Of a stretch of DNA of 64,000 bases, positions 11,788-22,711 are shown in pieces. The position numbers were made by a program, and so were the translations under genes. The stretch comes from Camelus ferus (Eukaryota), in contig NC_045696.1 of the NCBI RefSeq assembly GCF_009834535.1, positions 120,468,001 through 120,532,000 of the forward strand, read 5' to 3'. How positions within the stretch are numbered: position 1 is the stretch's first letter; every line of letters starts with the position of its first letter. Under the pieces are notes generated by a model that searched no databases, was not told where the DNA came from, and saw only the letters and a list, made by a program, of their open reading frames with translations.

Positions 11788-12357
11788 ATTGCGAAATTGA
11801 AAAGGTAGATCTCGTCTTCCTCATGGATGGCTCGAACAGCATTCACCCGGACGACTTCCGGAAGATGAAGGACTTCTTGGCGTCCATCGTGGAAGACCTC
11901 GACGTGGGCGCCGACAGAGTGCGCGTAGGCGCGGCGCAGTTCAGCCACACCTACCGGCCCGAGTTCCCGCTGGGCGCCTGGGGCGGCCGGCAGGCGGTGT
12001 CCTCGCGCATCGCGCGCGTCCAGCAGATCTTCGGCTACACGCACATCGGCGCCGCGCTGCGGCAGGTGGGCCGCTACTTCCGGCCGGACGCGGGCAGCCG
12101 CATCGGTGCGGGCGCCCCGCAGGTGCTGCTGGTCCTCACCGACGGCCAGTCCCAGGACGAGGTGGCCCAGGCGGCCGAAGAGCTGAGACACAAGGGCGTC
12201 GACATCTACTCCGTGGGCATCGGGGATGTAGATGACCAGCAGCTCGTTCAGATCACCGGGACCGCGGATAAAAAACTGACCGTCCACAACTTCGACGAAC
12301 TGAAGAAGGTCAAGAAGAGGATCGTGCGCAACATCTGCACCTCGGGGGGCGAGAGCC
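11788..12357 (+). CDS. COL6A6: COL6A6 exon, VWA6 (N2), 570 nt, phase 1-1
   Basis: Acceptor ctttttgtag|AT, donor AGCC|gtgagt; encodes CEIEKVDLVFLMDGSNS...VLTDG...NICTSGGES. Confidence 0.94.
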
Positions 12358-13054
12358 GTGAGTATTCCGGGTGTCCTGCCAGTCTGTTCTCCCCCTGGGG
12401 CCCTTGCGAGCATTTTGATCCATGCCTCCGGAATTCCAGTGGAACTTTTCACAGTTAGCAAGCATTTTTTGTGGCTTGTGAATTGAGAAACAAGATGTCC
12501 GAGAGACTGTCTTTTTTTTTTTTTTTTTTTTTTTGCTCTTGGCCTCTTGGGGGCACGTGCCCCCTTTGTGAATTGGGAATGCCTCATCTTCCAAAGGTGG
12601 GAGGGAGAGGCCGCTGTTCGCAATCTGGTGGGTTTCAGAGCTTGAAGAACACGTCTCAGAGAAATCAACTGACAGGTTCTGGCTGCCTGGCAACGGGGCT
12701 GCCGCGTGCTGGGGCGCAGGGAGGGAGGCAGCATCCTTGGAGGCTTAGTTAGAGCCTTACCACAACCGTTTACTGGGGAAGTTGCTAAATATCTTCTTTA
12801 AAATTAGCACATTTTGACATTTTTCCAGTTAATGGAAGGAAAGGTCTTTTAAGAGAGAGAACTTTTTCTATTTTTATAAAAGTACCCGGGGGTGGGCTGT
12901 GATTCTAACTACCTATGGTAGTTGTTAACCCTGGATTTCCACCAGGGAGAGGAAAGCCACACGACTGCCATGAGGCAGATGGACAGCTAAGCTACAAATC
13001 CCAACTCGATCGCCATTTTTTCCTGGACAAGTGACTTAACTTTTCTAAGTGTAA

Positions 13055-13300
13055 CTTTTAATTTTAATTGAAGTACAGTCAGTTACAACGTGTCAATCTC
13101 TGGTGTACAGCACAATGTCCCAGTCATGCATATACATACATATATTCATTTTCATATTTTTTCCATTAAATATTATTACAAGATATTGAGCATAGTTCCC
13201 TGTGCTGTACAGAAGAAACTTTTTAAAATCTATCTTTATATATAGTGGTTAACATTTGTAAATTGCAAACTCCCATATTTATCCCTTCCCATAATTTCCC
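13055..13300 (-). mobile_element. L1 3' end fragment
   Basis: aattgaagtacagtcagttacaa...ctggtgtacagcacaatgtcccagtcatgcat...ccctgtgctgtacag. Confidence 0.8.
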
Positions 13301-13512
13301 CGGACTTTGTAAACAATCCAAGTGTAATTTTCTCACCTGTACAACGTGAATGACAGCACCCAGTTGGGAAGGTTGTTGTGAAGATGAAATGAGAAAAGTG
13401 CACATTTAATGCTACTTTAAATAAGCATGGCCCCTGGATTGTCATTATCAAATCACTTCATTGTTTTAAAAAAATTTTTGTTCAGCTGTTTTAATTTTAA
13501 TTTTTTTGAGGA

Positions 13513-13641
13513 GGGGGAAGGTATAGCTCAGTGGTAGAATGCATGCCTAGCATGCACAAGGTCCTGGGTTCAATTCCCAGTGCCTCCATTAAATAAATGA
13601 TAAACCTAATTGTCTCCTCCCCCTACCAAAAAAAAAAAAAA
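13513..13641 (+). mobile_element. tRNA-derived SINE (Vic-1-like)
   Basis: ggtatagctcagtggtaga...gggttcaattccc...poly(A). Confidence 0.88.
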
Positions 13642-13647
13642 CTATTT

Positions 13648-13770
13648 GGGGGAGAGAGGGAGACAGGTAATTTGGTTTTTATTGATTTATTTTAGTGCAG
13701 GTTGTGGGGACTGAACCCAGGACCTCCTGCATGCTAAACACACACTCTGCCACTGAGCTACACCCTCCCC
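13648..13770 (-). mobile_element. tRNA-derived SINE (Vic-1-like), tail-to-tail with the previous copy
   Basis: gaacccaggacc...ccactgagctacaccctcccc (reverse-complement head). Confidence 0.85.
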
Positions 13771-15611
13771 GCAAAGCACTTTATTTTTGTCTGTGATGGA
13801 CCCATCACATTTATTTCCAGGGTCCCCTCTTCCCTTGCCCTCAGTCACTTTCAGGAGATAAGTAGCCTCTTCTTGGTGATTGATGTGTCCATCACGGTGG
13901 GGCCATTCACACTTGACACTTGGGTCAAGGTTCCTCTGCTTTCCCTGCCACTGAGCGCTCACCGGCTATGACAGAAGAGGCCACACACAGCGAGCATTTG
14001 ATCCTTGGTGCCCACCTCGCACTCCTGCCCCTTCTCACTAACTGTGGTTTCTGGCCACTCCAGAACGGGCTGGGGAAGGGAGGGAAGCCAAAGAGGTGCC
14101 CGGAAGTCCCTGCTGATGGCACCTGTCAGGAATTGTTTTCTCTGCAGTCCGTGTCAACGCCGTACCCATTCATAAAGTTTTCAAAGACTTCCCCGCCTGC
14201 CCCCCACCCTCTCCACCCCCACCAAGCACATTTGTCAGGGCATCTCTCCCCGGAGCTCCCATCTCAGTCCCCAGTGTTCCCTTATGCCTTCCTCAGCCTC
14301 TGGGCATCTGGTGACGCCTCCAGCTTTATCTGCTGTCAGGTCTTTGTCCCTCCAGGCAAGCTTCTCAGAGGAGAGATCCGAGGAGCCCACCCGCCCCCCA
14401 CCCCAGCTCTTTCTTACGCCAGTCTGCTCCATGGAAAACAATAACATATCAATTGACTCCATAAGCACCGGAAGGTACAGCCCCACAGTGAGGCCACCTC
14501 TCCTTGGCAGACAGAGCAGTGTGCCAGCCTGTTTCATTCTGTAGAATTTCTAGGCTGTGTCATCTCCAGGTTACCTCTGGAAGGTCCCCTCTCTTGACTT
14601 AAACAGGACATTACCTCCCCTCCTTGTCTATGTGTGTGTGTGCTTGTGGGGAGGGACCTCACAGCACACAACAGCCATCTCCAAAGTGCCCTTCCAAACT
14701 CCAAGTTCAAACCTTTCATAAGACCCAGGATGTCAACTTGAGGTGAAGAGTCCCGTAATTCTGAACATTATGGTGTATAGCAGAAACTGACACAGCATTG
14801 TAAACGGACTATAATTTAAAAAAAAAAAAAAAGAAAGAAACTAACGAAAAAAGAGTGCTGTCATTGATCAGGGACTACTGTCTTTGTAAATCCTGCTTTA
14901 CATGTTCCCCCTACTTTGGAATGTGTCTGGTGACCTCAGCCAAACCTTCCATATTATTTTCTGGTTTTCCATGAAATACCCATCTCCAGTTAGGAGTCAG
15001 GGAATGATCTCAGAACCACCTAGTCTTGGACTTGAGTGAGTAAAAGAAAACCACATGGGAAGTCAAAACCAGGAGTGTGTACTCCAAGCAGTCAGTGAGT
15101 TATCTTTAAAGAGAACAGTCATGAGTATATGAATGAATGAATGGAATGAATGAATGAATGAGGAAAGTGCTCTATAACAATGAACTTCAAGTGATGACTG
15201 TAGCAAACAGGGATGTGTGAGGTCTTTGTAGCCAAGCTGTGGGCTAAAGACTGACAAGGCTGGAATGCAGGCTGAGAGAGCTTCAGAACCTGTGCACATT
15301 ACATCAGAGGATGCCAACTCTCCTAAAACTATAAACGCCCAGGTCAAGGAAATCAGACAGGACTTGGTGTGTCTCAAAGCAAACCAGGCTTTGAGCCTGA
15401 ACATCTTGCTTTGCCTTTTCTTAAAATATGTGTAACTTCAGAGAAATCACTGTACTTTCTTAGTTTTCTCACGTGTGCAGTTAAATCATCTCTGATTCTC
15501 TGGTTGTCCGTAGGATTTATTTTATGTAAAAGGACAGTCAGCTACCTGGAGATAGTAGGGAAGTGACTGAGAATCATTATTTCTTGAGCATCTCTGGAGA
15601 GGCAAGCATTA

Positions 15612-15840
15612 TTTTTTTAATTGAAGTATAGCCAGTTTACAATGGTGTAGATATATGATGGAATACTACTCGGACATAAAAAAGAATATGCCATTTGCAG
15701 CAACATGAATGGACCTGGAGATCATCACACTAAGTGAAGTAACCCAGGAAGAAAAAGAAAAGTATCATATGATATCACTTATATGTGGAATCTAAAAAAA
15801 AAATGATACAAATGAATTTTTTTACAAAACAAAAACAGGG
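15612..15840. mobile_element. Short L1 insertion with an internal inversion
   Basis: Minus-strand L1 3' terminus (tttttttaattgaagtatagccagtttacaat) abuts a plus-strand ORF2-end sequence (atggaatactactc...gccatttgcagcaacatgaatggacctggag...ctaagtgaagtaa). Confidence 0.75.
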
Positions 15841-15849
15841 TCACCCATT

Positions 15850-16020
15850 TTTAAAGCACTTTAAATGCATTAGCTCATCAAATTCCCAAACCCTCCGTGG
15901 TTTGTATTTCTAGTCCCATTTATACATGAGGAAACCAGGTCTCTGAGGAATATTAATAACCTGGCCCAGGTCATACAGGAAGCAACAAACCAAGCAAATT
16001 GTGAAACCCCGGTCTGTCTG
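15850..16020 (-). mobile_element. MIR relic
   Basis: cccattta...tgaggaaac...acctggcccaggtcatacag. Confidence 0.55.
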
Positions 16021-16279
16021 CCAGGTTTCCCAATAGAGTCGTCATCTAGTTTATCCGATGCTCCCGCTATAAAGAACTCGCACCTAAGTGTTGTGCGTCC
16101 ATCATTAAGAGCTGGAACTTACTGAGACTTCAGGAGTGTATGTCTGAAAAGCTGCTCTTCCCGAAGGAAGGCACTTGCTTGCTAAGCTGTCGCTTCCAGC
16201 ATCACGATCTCACAGCAGAGCATGGAACCTGCATGATGTCGCATCCCTGGCCCCCCAGGAAGTTGTGAAGGAGGAAATT

Positions 16280-16440
16280 CAGCATAGGGACTCCAGACAA
16301 GCCTGGATCTGATCCTCAAGTTGGGACCTCGGGCGAGTTCTCTGAGTCTCAGCCTCATCTTCTGCACAATGAGTATTAGAGTTCCTGCTTATTCTGTGTT
16401 TCATAAGGACACGTGAGGGATGCGTGGGAAGTGCGTGTAC
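16280..16440 (+). mobile_element. MIR relic
   Basis: gacctcgggcgagtt...ctctgagtctcagcctcatcttctg. Confidence 0.5.
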
Positions 16441-19400
16441 ATATCCTGTGACAGTTAATAAGTTTCACTGAGTATTGCTGAGGGAGCCTGATAGTGACCT
16501 TTGTAAGTGCAGATACACGGAGTGACGGGATAGTCTAGTTCACAGAAGGGCAACTGACCAAGACGTCCCTGGTTTAGGAAGGCGGATAGTTGAGCAGCCT
16601 TTGGGAGCTAGAGCCAAACTTAATGCCTCAACCTGCTCCCAGTTCCCCTCAGCAACTAAACTCCACAGTCTGTTTTCTCATCTTCCTTCATGCTTCGTCT
16701 CCTGATTTTTCTTGCCTATTCTGAGCACCTAGAGGAGACCTCCGGCAGTTTTGGGGATGTGACGTGCTGCCTTGGGGGGCATGGAGCCATGACCACGTGG
16801 CAGAAGAATCAAGAGCGCCTCAGCTTTTGCATCGTCATGGAAGATGAGCCAAAACGGAGACTGAACAAAAGGCCAGTCTGATGAGGATGAAGCAGGCGCA
16901 CCCTCAGGAGCTGACTTCAGGACTGTGGGAAATACAAGGGGAATATAGATGGTCACGTCCAGCTTAGCTTGACAAGAATCTCTTGATGCTTCTGCCTTAA
17001 CTGGGTTCTCTAGAAAACAGAGAACTCACAGCACAGTTTCAGTGTGGATCCATCAGTGGGAGTACCGTCCCAAGGAAGCAAGAGTGAGTGGAGGGAAGTG
17101 ATAAAGGGAAGGAGGGAAGTAAATGCAAGAAATGTACAAGATGTGTATTACCAAGCTCGCTACAGCTTCTGAGAAAGCATCACTGGTACGTTGGTCCTGC
17201 AGAGCATCACCAAGGAAGCCACATGGGACCACTGCACAGACCTGCCCCTTAGAGGGGTTAAGGGCGAGGGTTGGCCTGCCAGTTCCTTCTCATCCACTGC
17301 CTGCTACTGGTCAAGTTCCCCCCATGGAGAGCTGACTCTCTGACCCAGCTGCACTGTCATCCAGCCTTTTAGGAACCAGATACAGGACCCACAAAGCTTT
17401 GTACCTGTGGCTGAAATGGAGGAAGGAGACAGAGCCCCCATGAGTTCAGCTGGGTTGGATGTGGGTACCGAGTCATCAAGAACCCACTGCAGTGAGAACG
17501 AGGGAGGCCGTGTCAAAGCCCAGCCCTTCCCTGCACAGTGAGGTGCACCCGGCAATAGTGGCAGCAGAGACTCTCCAGGGGACAGATGTCCAAGTTCTGG
17601 GTGTGTGTGTGGCCCGGGCAGGTGGAGGGTGGGGCACCAGCAAATCTGGGAGGTATAGAAGCCTGGTCTTTAACAGTACCTAACTCTATTTTCTAGATCA
17701 TTCTTTCTCTTTTTCCATCTATAACTTTTCTTTCAAAGGCTCCAAACAAATTGTTCTCTTATCCCAGCTAATAACCTCCAACAGCCCAACTTTCCCTTTT
17801 ATTTTTTCCAGAGTCTATCTTCTGCTTTAATGAACGTCCCCTACCCTCTTGACAGTGTCTCTTAATACTAAGAATCTGCCATCGTTAACTTCAATGAAAG
17901 ACTTTCTGTATAAGTCAGATAATTAAAATCAGCTTTGGGGCTTGGCAGGGAGTCAGGAGACCATGACTGTCAAGTCCAATCCATTCTTTCCTGTTCTTTT
18001 GTCATTTTTCTTTTGAAATGTATAATCCCTTTATTTTTACAGACCAGAAAACTGATGCCCAGAGAGGTTAAGAGATTTGCCAGAAGTTAGTTAGCAGTGA
18101 GAGTTGTGGCCTGTGCACGCCTGAAACTAAACTGTGCCTTCCCCCTCAGAGGCCGCCCCACCCCCGGCTTCCCCACTGCTGGTTGTGATGGCTAGTCACC
18201 TTCTCGGACCATTAGTGTTGTTCCCTTTTATCACCCTCCGTAGCCAGACCTGGGGATCCTCCTGTTAATTTCCCTTGCGTTTATCATCGCTTTTTCATTC
18301 CCACTCTTGCTCAATTACTTCAGTCCTTCATTATCTGTCTTTGGAAGCCCAATTTTAGCCTTCTTCCCAGCCCACTTCCAAAACCATCACTGCCTCTTGT
18401 TAACTTTGAAGAGCTCCTGAGTCCGGGCAAATGTCTCTGGAGAGTCCGCAAGACCATTCCAGGAGAGCTCACTTGACCCACGCGACCCCCTCTCTCTCTC
18501 ACTGTCTCTAGACACAGCACTGCCACCTCTGGGCTCATTCCCCAAAGTCAAGTCCTTCAGTCACATCATCGTGGACTCATTTGTCAATTTGAATTTGTTA
18601 AATAAACATAAGGAGCTTGCTTACTTGAGCTGGCAATTTCAGGAATCCAGACAAAAAGTTAAAAGCCTCCGTTTTGAAAGGGGACAGTTCTCAGGAACAC
18701 TGAGTCACATTTTGACATTTTTGCCAATATTTGGTGTTTCACCAGAAACCATTTTCCTTGAAGGCAGTAACATGTCAGGGTTACTGAATGGCTTTCAGTT
18801 CAGAGAGGAAAACAGCGTTCACCCAAGAGGGTAACTTTTGATCTCAAAATAGAAATGAAAGGGTATAGATTTAAGGAGAAGTTTGGAAAGAACAGAAATT
18901 CCAATGCTTCCTTCTGGCTAGTTTCTTTCTCTTTATCTCACTTTCTGAATATTGGGAAAGAGATTTTTCGGTAAATTCAGGACGGTAAAATAAGAAAACC
19001 CACCTTTCAGATTTGTTGATAACATACTGATTTACCTTGAATGTCATGGGGAAACCTGATTATCAAATAAGGTTGCTTTTCCCTCACCCAACTCTTTTCT
19101 CATTAGAAATGAATCGAGTTCCTGGCCCTTGTTTTGAGACTTGAAACTGACATTCTGGTTTCAAAGACTTGCAAATGTCCAGCTGACCAGTGTGTCTGGA
19201 AGGTGGGCATTTGTCCACATAACAAATCTCTGGAAAACTGCTTATCTAGACAACGCAAATTAAAAATTAACACTCCGTCGCCTTATTTTACCAAGCAGGC
19301 TGTGTGTGTGTGGGTGTGGGGGTGTGTGTGTGTGTCAAATTGGCTGGAAAAGGTTGAGGTTTCTAATCAACTGAAAAGTTCCTGAAGGAAGACTGTGTAT

Positions 19401-20256
19401 GTCATAGGACTATCTTTCTCAAATTGTCTTCCCATTGGGAGGCTCAGCTTAAAATAGCAAGCTTTTCTAGTTTTTCCAGTGCTTAAGTGTCTCAAGAGTT
19501 AATAAAAAGGGCAAAGCACTTCAAATGCAATACCTCTCTGAGTCTTTCTCAAACCCCAAAAAGGCAGTGGCTTTGGTTTGCTGGCTGGCTGAGCTCTGAG
19601 GGCAGTGCCGTCTTTGACGTGGTTGAATACAGGTAATTTGGTGCCTGTTTCTTCACCTGTGGGACTCAAACCAAGCAAGATCTCAAAGGACCTCATGGGA
19701 GTTATTTTTCTTTCTTTCTTTTCCTTTTCTGAATGGACATTAAAAGGCAAAAAGAGAAATCAGAGATTCTTTTCGGAAAGACAAAGCATCCAAATCCTGC
19801 AGGAGGAGTCTTGCAATTTATTTTTTGTAAATCACTTTTTCTGTTCAACTGTTTTTATATTTCCCTTATACTTTTAATATTTGTTGAATGATCTCAATTG
19901 ATAAGGGGCATGATGTGAATTTCCTATTTTAGACCATTGAAATTTCCACCACATAACAGCTGTTTAATCTGCATGGCTTTTCCAGTGGACACAATGAAAC
20001 CTTTTGCAACTTTGTAACTTTGTTATAGGATCATCTTGATTATATAGATGCTCAAAAAAAATAGCACTTTTTACAAGTTATGAAAGAGTGATTCTGAGTC
20101 TCTTCCATTATTTGCTCATGCTCTTCCTTGTTTTCCAGCTTTGTAACTAGAGATAGAAGTAAGAATTCCAAGTTCCATGACGTGGAAACATGGCATCCAC
20201 GTCAAGTAAAGCTACTTTGTTGGTCTCATAAGAAACCCTTTTTCCTTGACCCCTAG

Positions 20257-20600
20257 ATTGTTTTGTGGACGTCGTGGTGGGATTTGACATCTCAACTCAG
20301 CAGAATGGGCAGACCTTGCTGGAAGGTCAGTCTTGGATGGAAACCTACCTGCAAGACACCTTGCGTGCCATCAGCTCCCTCAATGGGGTAAGCTGTGAGG
20401 TGGGCACGGAGACTCAGGTAAGCGTGGCTTTTCAAGTGACCAACGCCCTGGAAAAATACTCCCCCAAGTTTGAGATCTACAGTGAAAACATACTGAACAG
20501 TTTAAAGGATGTAACAGTTAAAGGACCGTCTCTTCTCAACGCCAACCTCTTGAGTTCTCTGTGGGAGGCATTTCAGAATAAATCAGCTGCTCGGGGAAAG
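20257..20600 (+). CDS. COL6A6: COL6A6 exon, VWA7 (N1) part 1, 344 nt, phase 1-0
   Basis: Acceptor ccctag|AT, donor AAG|gtaacg; encodes CFVDVVVGFDIS...SAARGK. Confidence 0.9.
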
Positions 20601-20682
20601 GTAACGGTTTTATTTCATTTGTTGGTCTTGGGTTGCAGTGCTCTCCTTTTCACTCATTTGTCTTTTTTGAATACTTTCCTAG

Positions 20683-20761
20683 GTGGTTCTCTTGTTTTCA
20701 GATGGATTGGATGATGATGTTGAAAAACTTGAACAGAGATCTGATGAACTTAGGAAAGAAG
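20683..20761 (+). CDS. COL6A6: COL6A6 exon, VWA7 part 2, 79 nt, phase 0-1
   Basis: Follows an 82-nt intron; ttcctag|GTG, encodes VVLLFSDGLDDDVEKLEQRSDELRKE, donor G|gtacca. Confidence 0.9.
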
Positions 20762-22519
20762 GTACCAAGCTTGGGGGAGACTGGGAGAGGAGTGTTTATG
20801 GACTTCATAATCTCAAAACTCAGTCTGGCTCTTACATCTCCAGACACTCAAATGACACTGAGTTTGCCAGCCTTTCTGCTCCGTATGCACTTGGCTGAAC
20901 AAATGAGCCCTCAGACGTTTTGGCATCTACTTTTTCCCTCATGCCCATATGAAGTAGCACTGAATACAAAGTCTGTCCTTTCTCTTTACTTTATTTCTTC
21001 TTCCTAAGCTTTCCTGGAGGAGGGTCCATCTCCCTTGCCCCATGTTATCTAATATTGCTATGTCTCTGGTGTCAGCCGATGTGAACCATGTATATTTCCC
21101 CTTGACTCAGGCCTGGGAGACTTGGATGATTGTCTTCTAATGCTTTTAAAGTTTCCAGACTTGCAGGCTTTGTTGGACAAGTTTACTCATGTTTGGGGAC
21201 TGACTAATCAATCCCTTCCTTCACACTGCAGATGGACCCACTGTGGTGTTTATGAGTTTTTTTTAAAGCTCTGGCAGCAGACTTTTGGCTTGAGGAACCA
21301 ACGCCTAGTCTGATTTACTGTCAGTTCCCACTAAAATGTGGACCAGTGGAAGAAAAATGTGTTCACATGTTCTGGTTTGACAAAAAATAGAAATACTTCC
21401 TTGTAAGTGGGTGCTATGGGTGCCTCACCCAGAGCCCCTTTTCAGCCAGGTCCCCCCATCCTCCAGCTGGTATGAATGTTGGCTGCTAATACGTTACTCA
21501 TAGGTTCCCTCTTCTCTGAGCAGCTGCCCTGGGAGCCACCTTGCCTGGAAGGTTACTGCCATCTCACCCCTGGGCAGCAGGTCTATGTCGAGGAGTTGGA
21601 CCCTTGCCTCAAAGTGGCCCCAGTTCTGTGGTGTAACTTACGCTCAGGGATCCCCCTGGGATCAGGCGCAAGTTACACTTGAGCTGAAGCCCTGTCTTGC
21701 TGGCTCCTTCCCCAGCCCCGTCCTACTGGCTCTGGTGCCCTTCTCTGGAGCGTGCTTCCTCAGCACGTGGTGTGCCTCCACATCCCGTCTCAGGCTCCAC
21801 GTCTGGGGAACCTGGCCTGACATCTGCCTCCCAGGCTAGCTGGAAGAGGCTGACTGGCATCTGTCTTTTCTGTTTGGTTCTCTCTCCTCTGTCTTAAACA
21901 AACGGCAAAATTAACTGAGTTCACAGTAGGAGAGAAAGGATTTCTATTTTGCCCTTGATTTGCCAAAGTTGCTTCTCTTGATTCAAGTCACGTCATGGCC
22001 TTTTTTCATGATCTGTGGTGGCGATACTGATGAGGCTGAGAATAAGACCCTTCCATGGGTGAGGAGGGTGTTTTCAATTCCAGCTTTTCTCTTTTTTGAG
22101 GGGGAGGGTGATGCGAGGGGGAAGACGTATCTCTTGCAGACAACATCAGAGTTCTCTCTAGGAAGTTTCTCCCGGAACACCCAGATTTCTCAGACCAGTC
22201 TTCTATCTTCCAATCTCAAGGGGAAGATAGAAGTGTACATGAGTTTCAACTTCAGAAGCTAGCTTTTGAACATCCTCAGAAATTTAGCATCTTTGAGTGG
22301 GAAAGATAAAGGGGTGATGGCTGTAGTGTTCTTTGAAAAGTGTCGAATGTCCCTCCCTGTGGACAAAGACCACCTCTGGCTCTGGCTCCTCATATTTAAA
22401 CATAAAGGATTTCAGTTGATGCCGGGCCCTATGATCTGTTGACCCAAGAGAGCCTCCCTATTTAAGGCTCGGTATTTACGTGTGTAAACCGTATCGTCAG
22501 CATGGGACAAGAGGCCAGG

Positions 22520-22711
22520 AGATAAACAACACAGTCCTACTGTACAGCACAGGGAACTATATTCAGTAGCTTGTAATAACCTACAATGAAAAAGAATCTG
22601 ATTGTGTGTGTGTGTGTGTGTGTGTGTGTATAACTCAATAACTATGTTGCACACCTGAAACTAACACAACATTGGAAATGAACTCTGCTTCAATTAAAAA
22701 AAAAAAAAAAA
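22520..22711 (+). mobile_element. L1 3' end fragment with internal (TG)n and poly(A)
   Basis: gtcctactgtacagcacagggaactatattc...cacctgaaactaacacaacattg...cttcaattaaaaaaa. Confidence 0.85.

Noticed and set aside
11745..12734. 329-aa antisense ORF (and similar ones at 728..1177, 3184..3705, 4940..5572, 8941..9543)
   Set aside because: These are shadow ORFs of GC3-rich VWA exons, where antisense stop codons are depleted. They run into poly(T)/poly(A) tracts and have no recognisable domain.
16990..17620. Possible MaLR/MLT-type LTR relic (also about 6290-6350 and 6840-7105)
   Set aside because: The resemblance is only impressionistic and I cannot define termini or a family without a Dfam search.
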